NCBI GenBank assembly: GCA_964598265.1
Contig: CAZRBD010000002.1
Location: 22,661-64,282 of the forward strand
Reading direction: 5' to 3'
Length of the DNA stretch: 41,622 nt
From: an uncultured archaeon
Lineage (GTDB): Archaea > Asgardarchaeota > Lokiarchaeia > Sigyniarchaeales > SOKP01
This document shows positions 28,319 to 38,881 of this stretch, in pieces; position 1 is the stretch's first letter, and every line of letters begins with the position of its first letter. A program made the translations under genes and the position numbers. Below the pieces are notes generated by a model. It was not told the origin of the DNA. It did no database searches and was given only the letters and a program-made list of their open reading frames with translations.

Positions 28319-29116
28319 TTAAATATCAAAAAACCAAAAATTATCCTCATCCTCACGTAAAAAACCCATTAATTCAGAGAGATCCCTAAGTAAATATTTA
28401 ATTGAAACTTTATTAGTTTCTCTCCTTATGGTTCCCCTTTCTGAGAAATACATGTCATCTAGTAAATGATCAATATTAATTCTTTTAAAATACCTAGAAG
28501 GATTGTAAAATATCGTATAAAAAATCTCCATTTCTAAATTGGGTCTTTCTTTTTTTATTAGAGCACTTTTGTATTGATCGGCTATAAGATTTTTTAACGC
28601 TATAATAAAGCATTCTTTTTTGTGGAGCAGCAAATTTCTTTTATCTTCTAAATTCTTGAGGTTTTGTTCTATTTCATTTATTTTTTCACCAATAAATCTC
28701 AATTTTTTACGAGGTGTTTCGATTTTCTGATAATCATTATGGTCCCCTGTATTTTTAAAATCTAAATTTTCTCTTTTGTTAATGACTTCAGAAAGTTTAA
28801 AATTTATACGATAATAATCGGGAGTGATATCAATGCCTAAAGATAAATTACTCTTAATGCGATACTTCATATTTCTAAGATCAGTACCAAAACTCTCAAT
28901 TATACCTGGTTTAGAGAGCATTTTAAGTTGACTATGAATAGCTTGTCTTGAAATCTTTGTTCCAAAGGAAGCAGCTAATTCTGAAGCACCAAGAGGTATT
29001 TTAGCTAATTTTGATAAAATTCTTCTCCTCGTGGGATTGCCTAATATTTCAAGTAATTTATCTAAACTCAGAAATGTTTTTTCTTCTTCTTGTTCTTCTA
29101 GTTCCGTTTGACCCAC
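28319..29116 (-). CDS. ArsR-family wHTH regulator with coiled coil (Phr/HSR1-like heat-shock regulator)
   Basis: LEILGNPTRRRILSKL, ISRQAIHSQLKML and a coiled coil; directly downstream of hsp20-cdc48. Confidence 0.82.
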   Translation of the reverse strand: MGQTELEEQEEEKTFLSLDKLLEILGNPTRRRILSKLAKIPLGASELAASFGTKISRQAIHSQLKMLSKPGIIESFGTDLRNMKYRIKSNLSLGIDITPDYYRINFKLSEVINKRENLDFKNTGDHNDYQKIETPRKKLRFIGEKINEIEQNLKNLEDKRNLLLHKKECFIIALKNLIADQYKSALIKKERPNLEMEIFYTIFYNPSRYFKRINIDHLLDDMYFSERGTIRRETNKVSIKYLLRDLSELMGFLREDEDNFWFFDI

Positions 29117-29161
29117 TCTCCTTTTTTTACTTCCTTATATCTTTTAAAATTTAATTTTATT

Positions 29162-31387
29162 TTATCTATACAATTCTTCTGAAGCTTTTTTTGAATACAT
29201 TTCATGAGATTTTTTAGCTTTTTCTGCTGATTTTAAAACCTTTTTAATAGCCTCATCAAATTCAGATTGTGCTATTTTAACCTTTTTCACAGAATCAGCA
29301 TTTTGAGTATTAATGTTTGTATTTGCTACTACCTTACGAATAGTTAAGAGTGTGGCTTCCTCGCAAATTGCTCCAATATCTGCTCCAGTATAACCTTCTA
29401 ATTCCCGTGCCAATTTATTAATGTCAACATCAGATGCTAAGGGTTTATTTTTTAGGTGGATGTTAAATATTTTTGCTCGTGCTTCTTTGTCTGGTAATGG
29501 TATTTCTACATGTCTTCCAAATCTACCACTTCGTAATAATGCAGGATCAAGCATATCTGGTCTATTTGTTGCAGCAATTAATACTACATCTTTTAAACCT
29601 TCTAAACCATCCATTTCTGTGAGTAATTGGGAAACGACCTGTTCAGTTACTTGAGATCCGGAAGATCTACCTCTCAATCCAGCAATTGCATCAATCTCAT
29701 CGAAAAAAATAATGCAGGGGGAAGCAGCTCTTGCCTTCCTAAATGTCTCTCGTACTGCTTTTTCACTTTCACCAACCCATTTAGAGAGAAATTCTGGTCC
29801 TTTAACAGAGATAAAATTTATTTCACTTTCATGTGCTAAAGCTTTTGCTAAGAGAGTTTTCCCAGTTCCAGGAGGTCCAAAGAGTAAAATTCCATTTGGA
29901 GGATTGGAGTTTAAATGGGTGTATAATTCTGGATATTTTAAAGGCCATTCAATAATTTCTCTTAGTTGTTGTTTTGCTTCTTCTAAACCACCTACATCAT
30001 CCCATGTTTCAGTAGGTTGAGTAATTAGTACTTCTCTTAAAGCTGAAGGTTCGATACCGTTTAGTGCCGTCTGGAAGTGCCTCATTTTTATCTGTAGATC
30101 CATTAAAATTTCTGTAGGAATTGGTTTATCTAAATCAATTAGTGGCAATATATCTCTAATTGCAAGCATGGCAGCTTCTTTAGCTAATGATTCAACATCC
30201 GCTCCCACAAATCCATGAGTTTTTTCAGCCAATAAACGAAGATCAATATCGCCATATAACGGCATTCCTCGTGTATGTATCAGTAAAATATCATAACGTC
30301 CATCTGTATCTGGAACCCCAATCTCGATTTCACGGTCAAATCTTCCGGGTCGTCTAAGTGCGGGATCAATATCATTTACTCGGTTCGTTGCTCCTATGAC
30401 AATAACTTCACCTCTTCCTTCCAGACCATCTAATAATGATAATAATTGAGCTACAACCCTTCTTTCAACCTCTCCAGTAACTTCACCTCTTTTAGGAGCT
30501 ATTGAATCTAATTCATCAATAAAAATTATTGAGGGTGCCATTTCCTTTGCCTCTTCAAATACCTTCCGGAGATTTTCTTCACTCTGACCATAAAATTTGC
30601 TCATAATCTCGGGACCACTTATTGTTATAAAATGGGCTTCAGTTTCATAGGCTACTGCTCTAGCAAGTAAAGTTTTTCCAGTTCCGGGGGGTCCATGAAG
30701 TAATACTCCCTTCGGAGGGTCAATCCCAATTCTTTTAAATAGTTCGGGATGCCTTATTGGTAATTCGATCATCTCACGTATCTTCTGAATCTCCTCTTCT
30801 AAACCCCCTATGTCTTCATAAGTAACCCTTCTCGCTTCTAATTCCTCTAATTCTTTATGAGTTTTTTCTGAAATAGTAATTTTTGTATCTAAGTGAATCC
30901 TCACAGCAGCTGCTCTAGGAGAATAGTCTATAACTATAAAATCAATTCTGCGCCCCATGGCATTAAAGCTTAAAATATCTCCCTTTGTAATCACACGGTT
31001 TTCTAACATTCTAACTAATTGCTCAGATCTACGGATTGCCACTGACTCCTCTAATCCAGCAAAAGTAATTCTCCCTGCTAAACTCGCCTCAATCTTACGT
31101 ATCTCTACAATATCATCTATTGCGGCCCCAATATTTCTTCTCAAAGATGAATCTATTCTGATTATATTAGTACCCTTATCTTCTACCTTGCCAGGATAAA
31201 GCAAGCCAGCTGTCTTTTTTAGAATTTCTGGATGAGAGATCTCAATTACGTCCCCAGTTCTAAGATTAAGTTCATTTATAACCTCAGGATCTATTCTAAT
31301 TCTACCCCTTCCCGCATCTCCTTTATAAGCATCCTTTATTCTTACCTTTTTAATATTCCCATTATACTCCCGAGTTATTCCACTCAT
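29162..31387 (-). CDS. cdc48: CDC48/VCP/VAT AAA+ ATPase
   Basis: N-domain [10 protein letters not shown]; two Walker A GPPGTGKT; Walker B IIFIDE and IIFFDE; SRH motifs; C-terminal LYR. Confidence 0.97.
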   Translation of the reverse strand: MSGITREYNGNIKKVRIKDAYKGDAGRGRIRIDPEVINELNLRTGDVIEISHPEILKKTAGLLYPGKVEDKGTNIIRIDSSLRRNIGAAIDDIVEIRKIEASLAGRITFAGLEESVAIRRSEQLVRMLENRVITKGDILSFNAMGRRIDFIVIDYSPRAAAVRIHLDTKITISEKTHKELEELEARRVTYEDIGGLEEEIQKIREMIELPIRHPELFKRIGIDPPKGVLLHGPPGTGKTLLARAVAYETEAHFITISGPEIMSKFYGQSEENLRKVFEEAKEMAPSIIFIDELDSIAPKRGEVTGEVERRVVAQLLSLLDGLEGRGEVIVIGATNRVNDIDPALRRPGRFDREIEIGVPDTDGRYDILLIHTRGMPLYGDIDLRLLAEKTHGFVGADVESLAKEAAMLAIRDILPLIDLDKPIPTEILMDLQIKMRHFQTALNGIEPSALREVLITQPTETWDDVGGLEEAKQQLREIIEWPLKYPELYTHLNSNPPNGILLFGPPGTGKTLLAKALAHESEINFISVKGPEFLSKWVGESEKAVRETFRKARAASPCIIFFDEIDAIAGLRGRSSGSQVTEQVVSQLLTEMDGLEGLKDVVLIAATNRPDMLDPALLRSGRFGRHVEIPLPDKEARAKIFNIHLKNKPLASDVDINKLARELEGYTGADIGAICEEATLLTIRKVVANTNINTQNADSVKKVKIAQSEFDEAIKKVLKSAEKAKKSHEMYSKKASEELYR

Positions 31388-31448
31388 ACTTCATTCCTTA
31401 TTACTTTTTTATTTTTATCAATTCGTTTTTACTTTTTTAAAATATTTA

Positions 31449-32066
31449 TTATTTATTTGATTTTGTTTTACTCGCTTTTAATATGGCAATTCCATTATTT
31501 ACTTCTAATTCGCAATCCACCTTGGAAGATTTAAACGGTAAATAAATGATTTTTGAATATCTACGATCTCCATTTTCAGCTGTGAATTTTACTTGATTAC
31601 CATATTCATTAAACTCAAGTTGAACATTTTCCTGTTTTATCCCAGGAATTTCTAATATTATTTCCGAATAATCTCCTTTATCCGAAATCTCAGTATATGG
31701 CTCTAAAATAGAAGAAACATTCTCCTCCGGAGAAAAGTCCAACGATAGATTAGATGCATCAATTTCATTAACAGCTTTTGATCCTAAGATATTCTTCAAA
31801 TTTGGATATTTATCTAAGTCTATACCCTTTAATTGTTCACGAACTTTTTTCTTATCGATTATTCCTTCAATTTTTATCTCAGGTTTTTCCATACCGGTTT
31901 CAAAATGATATGATATCTTAAATCCCCTTACATTTTCTTCGTTACGGTCTGATTTCAAATCAATACCAGATTCAGGAATAAATAAAAAATCCACTTCAAA
32001 TGCATCTGAATCTACATTAAACATTTTCTTAAATTCATCAATAATTTCATCAAAATCGTCTGACAT
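31449..32066 (-). CDS. Hsp20/alpha-crystallin-family small heat-shock protein; ATG 32066 preferred
   Basis: EPYTEI, IILEIPGIKQENVQL, RYSKIIYLP and NNGIAIL; AAGGTG ribosome-binding site upstream of the ATG. Confidence 0.8.
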   Translation of the reverse strand: MSDDFDEIIDEFKKMFNVDSDAFEVDFLFIPESGIDLKSDRNEENVRGFKISYHFETGMEKPEIKIEGIIDKKKVREQLKGIDLDKYPNLKNILGSKAVNEIDASNLSLDFSPEENVSSILEPYTEISDKGDYSEIILEIPGIKQENVQLEFNEYGNQVKFTAENGDRRYSKIIYLPFKSSKVDCELEVNNGIAILKASKTKSNK

Positions 32067-32090
32067 GCTTACCACCTTTAATTTAAGGAC

Positions 32091-32144
32091 GTCAATTAAT
32101 TATTGTCAACTTACAAATTTAAGATGCTCTTTGATATATAAAAA
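32091..32144 (-). promoter_or_regulatory. Putative promoter of hsp20-cdc48-regulator: TATA box (32135-32144) and GTCAA direct repeat near the expected start site
   Basis: tttttatata on the minus strand; GTCAAT at 32091 and GTCAAC at 32105 flank an imperfect CAAT-N5-ATTG palindrome. Confidence 0.4.
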
Positions 32145-32204
32145 CTTATTGTTTTTATTTAATAAGACGGACAATCAAACAAAACATAAAAACAATGCAA
32201 ATCT

Positions 32205-34136
32205 TTAGAAGAATTTTTCAATTACTAGATTTATTTTTACTTCGTTTATTGTGAATAACTTAAAAAATAATTTATCTATAATTTTTAAAATTTGATTTTG
32301 TTCAATTAGATCATTGGAAATCACTATATTATAACTAGATTTTTCATTGGAATGAGGTTCAATTAATTTTTGGAGTTTTTTCCTTAAAATGTCGAGATTA
32401 AGGTGAGAATTCGGATGATTAAGACCAATAAGGTATTTACCTAACAATTTTATTAATTCTATGGTAAAGGATTTTCCTTCTTTATTTAGAAGATCTGAAT
32501 TTGGTATCGGTAAACCGTATTCGAGCTTAGTTTTACTTCTTTTAATAGAGATATTTTTGGCTTTAAAGATGAACTTTACGAGGTTTGAATTTAAATAGGC
32601 AATTATAAAAGCATAATCTAATTGTTTAGTTGGGAAACGCGGCCATAGAAAATATGTATCAGAAGTAGCATAATAGGGAGTATTAGCATACCCAAAAATA
32701 TTTTCATTAGAGATATACCTCAGGAAGATTTTCTCACTCATATCATATAGTGGCTCGAGATCAATTAAGATTTGATCATTATTTATCCTAATAAAAGTCC
32801 CTCTTCTCGGAAAGAAAATATGAAGTGGATTTTCTTTCGCATTAATTAAGATATCTCGTAATTCTGCTTTATATTGAGAAAGATATTGTATTAAATGAGG
32901 GTATTTCTCTAATAATAATTGATTTCTCTTCCGAGCATCGATGTAATTAAATTCATTTTTATTAAAGTATATTGCATAACCTATGTAATCTTCTTTATTG
33001 TAGCCGTAGGGTCTAATAGATTTGCTTTTATATAACTTTTTTAATCTATTCTTCTCCTTTTCGTTGATTTTAGTGAATTCGTTATTAATTTTTATATAAA
33101 CATCCTGATCCTCTATTTTTAGGTTTTTCCCTTCTTTTAATATAAAAATCTGATCCTTGATGAAGATGAGACCATTTCGAATGATAAAGTAATCTTTAAG
33201 ATAGGAGGTTTTTCCATTAATATGACATTTCCTTTCGATCTTCTCAACTATCTCTTTAATTTCTTTTGGATATTTTAAATTCCAGCTTTTGTCTGGCTCT
33301 AATTCATTATTTGTTTTAGCAGACGCGTATTTTATTATATTTTCATTATCGCTGCCATTGGTTAACAAATCAAAGATTGATTTATTGAATTCATCATAGC
33401 TTTGGGTTATTTCCCTATTCTTATTTATTTGAATTATTTCAATCTTCTGATTCTTATTTTGTAGTTTTTCTTTTTCTGTTTTCTTTTTTAATACAAAAAT
33501 ACAATTATGTTGTCCTTCAGCGCCTTTAAATAGTGTTAGATTTGATAAATCTATATATTGCAATATAAAACACTCCTCTAATATATGTGGCTTCAGAAAT
33601 TTAATTCCTGTTTTCTTAGATTTTGTAATCCAATAATTAGTTGTGATGAAAGAAAGCAAACCTCCAGGATTTAATTTTTCAATAGCCATATGTATAAAAA
33701 AATAGAAAAGATCCATATTTCCAACAAAAAACTTCTTGCATAGAGGATACCTCATAATATAATCTTGAAATATTTGGGCATTATAATTTTGACCTAAATA
33801 GGGCGGATTCCCGATGATAATGTCAAAAGTTTCATTAGTATTTGATCCTAAGAAATTTTTAAACCTGAATTTTATTTCAGGATATTTATCCAAGAGATTT
33901 TTTTTAAGGGTTCTATCCAATTCGTAACTAGTTATATCCGAGGAGATTTCTTGAAGAAATTCTAAAAAAACGCCTTCTCCTACTGATGGTTCTAAAATTT
34001 TTAAGTTATTTGGAGTTCTGCTTGGCTTTTGTATAAATTTAACTAGATTATTGACCATAAATCCAGCAATATACTTGGGTGTAAAGATCTGACTGATAGA
34101 CTTAACATTATTATGTTCAATCTTTTGAGAATCCAT
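32205..34136 (-). CDS. N6-adenine DNA methyltransferase (gamma class, TaqI/Eco57I-like), no adjacent endonuclease
   Basis: QIFTP (motif X), LEPSVGEG (motif I), IIGNPPY (motif IV), DLFYFF and YLNS in the C-terminal target-recognition region. Confidence 0.9.
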   Translation of the reverse strand: MDSQKIEHNNVKSISQIFTPKYIAGFMVNNLVKFIQKPSRTPNNLKILEPSVGEGVFLEFLQEISSDITSYELDRTLKKNLLDKYPEIKFRFKNFLGSNTNETFDIIIGNPPYLGQNYNAQIFQDYIMRYPLCKKFFVGNMDLFYFFIHMAIEKLNPGGLLSFITTNYWITKSKKTGIKFLKPHILEECFILQYIDLSNLTLFKGAEGQHNCIFVLKKKTEKEKLQNKNQKIEIIQINKNREITQSYDEFNKSIFDLLTNGSDNENIIKYASAKTNNELEPDKSWNLKYPKEIKEIVEKIERKCHINGKTSYLKDYFIIRNGLIFIKDQIFILKEGKNLKIEDQDVYIKINNEFTKINEKEKNRLKKLYKSKSIRPYGYNKEDYIGYAIYFNKNEFNYIDARKRNQLLLEKYPHLIQYLSQYKAELRDILINAKENPLHIFFPRRGTFIRINNDQILIDLEPLYDMSEKIFLRYISNENIFGYANTPYYATSDTYFLWPRFPTKQLDYAFIIAYLNSNLVKFIFKAKNISIKRSKTKLEYGLPIPNSDLLNKEGKSFTIELIKLLGKYLIGLNHPNSHLNLDILRKKLQKLIEPHSNEKSSYNIVISNDLIEQNQILKIIDKLFFKLFTINEVKINLVIEKFF

Positions 34137-34228
34137 CTAATCTTATTATTAGCTAATAAAATCTAAATAGTTAACTGTTAATCCGAAATTATTTTTTTTT
34201 AAAGAAGAAAATATGAGGTTATTTGGAG

Positions 34229-35743
34229 TTAATGATGATGACCCTGTCCTTTAATATTGATAGGTTTTAAACTACCAATTGCCCAGCCTGTAACTTCATT
34301 TAACGAAGGATGAATAACCATAGATTTATAAATGGGCATAAATGAGCCGGCTTCAGGGCATTCTTTAGAACCTTTCATGAGATTCTCATCTCCGGATATT
34401 TCGGGTATGGTACATGTATATCCCGAATTCATTAAATAGACAAAGGGTTGGACTAATACTGCCGCATGGGGTCCAACAACATGTGCTCCTAAGATTTTAT
34501 AGGTTTTATCGACAATTAATTTTACAAAACCATCATCATCGTCACCTTTTTCAAAGCCCATTGCACTTCCTTTTGCAACAGAAGAATAATGTTTAATTGC
34601 GACAAATATCTCATAGCCTTTTTCGATCGCTTCCGCTTGAGTCATACCAACATGACCTATTTGGGGGTAGGTGAAAATTGCCCATGGCACAGCGGAGTAA
34701 TCCACAGATTTCTTGTTTTCTGGAGATCCAAAAATATTAGTAGTGCAAATTTCAGCTTCATAATTAGCTTTATGCCGAAATTGAAATAACCCATTAGCAT
34801 CTCCGAAGCACCAAATATTCTTTTTATTCGTCTCCAAATAGTTATTGGTTTTTATCCACCCTCGATTATCAGTTTCAATACCAGTATTTTCAACTTTCAA
34901 TAAATCGGCATTCGATTTCCTACCCGCGGCAATGAAAATCTCTTCTGCACTTATTTCCGTCTGTTTACCTGTCTGAGTATTTTCAAGGACTATAAATTTT
35001 AGGTCTTTTTTACCATGTGCCCTAATTGCCTTACTATTAGTTAACACAGTCATGAATTTTTTGAAATTTTGTTCGAGAAATGAACTAATTTCGGGTTCTT
35101 CAGTCGCTACTAATCGTGGAAGCATTTCTACTATTGTAACTTCGGTTCTCATAGCAGAAAAGATATGAGCAAATTCGGCAGCTATAACACCGCCTCCAAT
35201 TATAATTAAACTTTTCCAAGGTTGGTCGGGGAATTTATCTCCAAAAAAACTTCGATTAGTTACGTAACCCACTTCTTCGATCCCTTCAATAGATGGAATA
35301 AAAGGTCTTGCTCCAGAAGTAAGAACAAACCGGTCACCCGTAAATTTTCCAAGACTTTTATTTCCACTGATTGATTTTACCTCCATCTCATACTCCCCAG
35401 TAAATTCACCGATACCCATATATAATTTAACATTTGGAATATTGGAAATACCCTTTTCCATTTGTTTACCTTCATCAATTTGTTCCCACATGCGCTTAGC
35501 AATCGAGCTCCAATCGATTTTTTCAAGTTTAAATTGTAATCCTACTTTTTTTGCATGTTCTGCTTCGCGTATTAAATCTGCTGGGTGGACCAAAATTTTG
35601 GATGGAATACAACCGCGTGTTAAGCACGTACCTCCGATTTTAGTCTCCTCTACCAAGGCTACTTTCATACCCCTTTGAAGCCCAGCATTCATTAAACTGA
35701 GTCCCGCTCCACTCCCAATAATAACTAAATCGTATTTTTCCAT
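34229..35743 (-). CDS. Dihydrolipoamide dehydrogenase / mycothione-reductase-like flavin disulfide reductase
   Basis: GSGAG, GGTCLTRGCIPSK, GGGVIAAE, GDANG and HPSLNE. Confidence 0.92.
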   Translation of the reverse strand: MEKYDLVIIGSGAGLSLMNAGLQRGMKVALVEETKIGGTCLTRGCIPSKILVHPADLIREAEHAKKVGLQFKLEKIDWSSIAKRMWEQIDEGKQMEKGISNIPNVKLYMGIGEFTGEYEMEVKSISGNKSLGKFTGDRFVLTSGARPFIPSIEGIEEVGYVTNRSFFGDKFPDQPWKSLIIIGGGVIAAEFAHIFSAMRTEVTIVEMLPRLVATEEPEISSFLEQNFKKFMTVLTNSKAIRAHGKKDLKFIVLENTQTGKQTEISAEEIFIAAGRKSNADLLKVENTGIETDNRGWIKTNNYLETNKKNIWCFGDANGLFQFRHKANYEAEICTTNIFGSPENKKSVDYSAVPWAIFTYPQIGHVGMTQAEAIEKGYEIFVAIKHYSSVAKGSAMGFEKGDDDDGFVKLIVDKTYKILGAHVVGPHAAVLVQPFVYLMNSGYTCTIPEISGDENLMKGSKECPEAGSFMPIYKSMVIHPSLNEVTGWAIGSLKPINIKGQGHHH

Positions 35744-35836
35744 ATTTTCTAAGTTGATTATATTTTATTTAAATTTTATAATAATAAATTAGAATTGGAG
35801 CAAAAATTAGGAATTTATAGAATAAAAGAAAAAAAG

Positions 35837-38545
35837 CTACAAGGCTTCTGGAATTAATAATATGAAATTACTACCTAGTTTATAGTCACCTTTTATTCTG
35901 TCTTCAACCCAAATACTCCCTTCATAACTATCAATAATCTTTTTTACTAGTGAAAGACCAAGCCCCATTCCCTTGGTTCTTTGATTTTGTTTTGTACCCT
36001 TTAAAAAAATTGATTTTTTCCGATAATCAGATATTCCTAAGCCATTATCTTTAAATTCCATCCTGATAAATTTCTTCTTTTCCACTTGGTCTCTTGAAAT
36101 ACTCACTTCAATCTCAATGTGTGGTTGATCATTATGATGTACAGAGTTTATTAATAGATTTTCAAATACATCTAAAATGAAATCATTTCCTTTCCCGTAA
36201 ATTTTTTTAATGGAAGATCCTAATCGAATATTGATATTCCTACTTTGATAACTATTTTTAAGAAACTTAATAGCTTTACTTAAAACATTATTAAGCTCTA
36301 TTTTTTTTAAAGGAATCTCAGTCTCTTCAATATGAGTTATTTTTCTTACATTACCTATTAGTTTACCTCCTCTATTTATTTGTTCTTTGATAATCTCATA
36401 TAACTCTTTTATTGTATGTAATTTCTCAGGATTATTTAAATAGAGAGAGCTAAGCTCTGCTGAAGCCTGAATATTTTGAAGTATGTTATTAATATCATGA
36501 GCAAAAATATCTTTATAAAGATTTGTTTGATCATAAGCTCTACGATATTTTTCTTCAGATCGTCTTAGATTTTCTTCTGCTTGTTTCTTTTCTGTTATAT
36601 CACTGATAATTGCTATAACTCCTTTTATATTTCGCGCCTTATCATAATAAGGAACTTTATTAGTATTTACCCACCTAGCCCCCATTTTTGATTCCCATTT
36701 CTCAATATAGTCTAGTTTTGGTTTCCCACTACTTATTACTTCTAAGTCATCATCCAGATACGATTGGGCTTGTTCTTGGGGGTAAAAGTCAAAGGCACTT
36801 TTGCCTTCCATGTCTTCTTTTTTTAAGTTATGTGCATCAGCATAAAATTTATTTACTCGAAGAAAATTGTTTTTATCATCTTTATACGCAACTATTAATG
36901 GAAGATGGTCTAGGATCATTTCCAATTCATTCGCAAGTATCTTGTATTTTTCTTCAGATTTTTTTAATTTTCTTTCAATTTCTTTTTCTTCAGTAATATC
37001 CCTAGCAATACATAAAATTCCTTCAGGTATCGGATACACACTTACCTCGTAAACACCATATCGCCCATCTGGATAGGTAAATTCATTACGAATTCGTTCC
37101 ATTTTTTTTGTTTCCATAACAGATTTATAGACTTTAAAGAATTGAGTTTCCTCAATACGAGGAAACAAATCAATTAAATTATTATTCAACATCTCATCAA
37201 TGGTTAATTTTACTAATTTTGCTGCTGCTTCATTTACTAAAATATAATTCCAATCCATATCTAAGACATAAACACTATCAGTTATAGATTCAACTAACAT
37301 TTTATATTGCTGGAAAAGATTACGATATTTTTCTTCAGAATCTTTTAGTTTTTGTTCTGCAACCTTCCTTTCGGTTATATCAGTATGGATAGATACAAGA
37401 ACATTACCGTACTGAGGATGTTTAAAAGTACTAATATATACATAACACCAAAACGTAGTTCCATCCTTCTTTATATTATGGATCTCTCCCCTCCAGACAC
37501 CCTCAGTTTGAATGAATCTCTGAATCTGTAGAGATTTTTCTTCAGATGATGCCTCTGAGAGAGCATTTATAGTGGAAACATGTTTATCAATTAATTCTCC
37601 TGGATCATAACCAAACATCTCATCAAACCTCGTATTGGTATAGACAATTTTTATACTATCTGCATCAACTAAATTCACACCCTCAGATAAATTGGTCATA
37701 ATTTCACTAGATATATGGAGTTCTTCTAACATTTTTTTCCGATCTGTGATGTTTCTAACAAATACTGCTACACGATGGTCTGATAAATAAAGAAATCTGG
37801 CTTCAAAATATTCAATTAGATCTTTTATTGGAAGTTTTATCTCAAGAATTTGAGGTTCTTTAGTTTCTATTGTTTTTTTAATTGCGTTTAACTGAAATGT
37901 AGCGATTTCATTAGGCAAAACATCTATTATTTTTTTTCCAATGAAATTTTCAGGTTTATCAAATAGCTCACTTTCAGTTCCACTAAATTCCAAGTAAGTT
38001 CCATCATCTGAGATTAGAAAAAAGAGATCTGGAATTGACTCGAAAATTGTTCGAAACTTTTTCTCAGATTCTTCTAATTCCTTAGTTCTTTCTGTTACTC
38101 TTAGTTCCAATTCTCGGTTTAATTTCCTTAATTCTTTTTCTGATTTAGCTAGTTTTTCTTCAGCGTTCCTACGCTCTGTCACATTATCATAAATAGCTAC
38201 AATAAAACCAGAGGGTAATCTATACACATAATTCTCAACCCAATAAGATACTCTACCATCAACATAGTGTGATACAGGGAGATTTTCAGAAATTCTTGTT
38301 TTTAAAACCCTCTGAAAGACCGCTAGCAAGCCTAAGTCTTTGATCCCTGGAAAAACATTAGTAACTTGTTTACCTAATACCTCTTCTCGTTTAACTTGGC
38401 TAATTTGTTCACCTGCTTTATTAATATCTTTTATGACGAAATTTCTACCCCCTTTTACACCTTCGTATACTACAACACCGCTACTCATGTTATTAAAAAG
38501 TTCTTTGAAAATGTCTTCGGATTCAATAAGTGATTTTTTTGTCAA
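35837..38545 (-). CDS. Multi-PAS sensor histidine kinase (HDINN class)
   Basis: Five PAS domains; FAHDINNILQ; DNGLG; GMGLGL. Confidence 0.94.
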   Translation of the reverse strand: MTKKSLIESEDIFKELFNNMSSGVVVYEGVKGGRNFVIKDINKAGEQISQVKREEVLGKQVTNVFPGIKDLGLLAVFQRVLKTRISENLPVSHYVDGRVSYWVENYVYRLPSGFIVAIYDNVTERRNAEEKLAKSEKELRKLNRELELRVTERTKELEESEKKFRTIFESIPDLFFLISDDGTYLEFSGTESELFDKPENFIGKKIIDVLPNEIATFQLNAIKKTIETKEPQILEIKLPIKDLIEYFEARFLYLSDHRVAVFVRNITDRKKMLEELHISSEIMTNLSEGVNLVDADSIKIVYTNTRFDEMFGYDPGELIDKHVSTINALSEASSEEKSLQIQRFIQTEGVWRGEIHNIKKDGTTFWCYVYISTFKHPQYGNVLVSIHTDITERKVAEQKLKDSEEKYRNLFQQYKMLVESITDSVYVLDMDWNYILVNEAAAKLVKLTIDEMLNNNLIDLFPRIEETQFFKVYKSVMETKKMERIRNEFTYPDGRYGVYEVSVYPIPEGILCIARDITEEKEIERKLKKSEEKYKILANELEMILDHLPLIVAYKDDKNNFLRVNKFYADAHNLKKEDMEGKSAFDFYPQEQAQSYLDDDLEVISSGKPKLDYIEKWESKMGARWVNTNKVPYYDKARNIKGVIAIISDITEKKQAEENLRRSEEKYRRAYDQTNLYKDIFAHDINNILQNIQASAELSSLYLNNPEKLHTIKELYEIIKEQINRGGKLIGNVRKITHIEETEIPLKKIELNNVLSKAIKFLKNSYQSRNINIRLGSSIKKIYGKGNDFILDVFENLLINSVHHNDQPHIEIEVSISRDQVEKKKFIRMEFKDNGLGISDYRKKSIFLKGTKQNQRTKGMGLGLSLVKKIIDSYEGSIWVEDRIKGDYKLGSNFILLIPEAL

Positions 38546-38666
38546 ATTAAGCTCACGTTATTAGGTGTTATGTAAATTACTGTTTACTTTTGATTTGTTA
38601 ATTTTTAAAGGTTTACTAGAGGTGCCTTTAATTTCCTAAAACAAATATCTAGTTGATTTTGTATAT

Positions 38667-38786
38667 TTAAATATATGTGGTTTGTTTCTCTATGAGGTTT
38701 ATAAATAAAGTTGAATAAGTCTTAGTTGAATTCATCAAATTTAATCCCGCACCAGTTCCAATTATAACTAAATCATCAGAATCCAT
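38667..38786 (-). pseudogene. Truncated 5' remnant of a duplicate of the flavin disulfide reductase gene
   Basis: MDSDDLVIIGTGAGLNLMN versus MEKYDLVIIGSGAGLSLMN (gene starting at 35743); similarity ends after codon 19 (38730). Confidence 0.8.
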
Positions 38787-38881
38787 AATTTCAAATTTAT
38801 CTATATCCTTTTTAAAGTTTTTAGTAATACTTCAAAGATGAGCTCATACAGATTATTTCTTAAAAGGAATTAAGTACACAT

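Noticed and set aside
34380-34430. In-frame BHB intron explaining the reductase insertion
   Set aside because: A TTCGGG/CCCGAA hairpin exists, but I found no 3-4-3 bulge-helix-bulge geometry and there are no stops.
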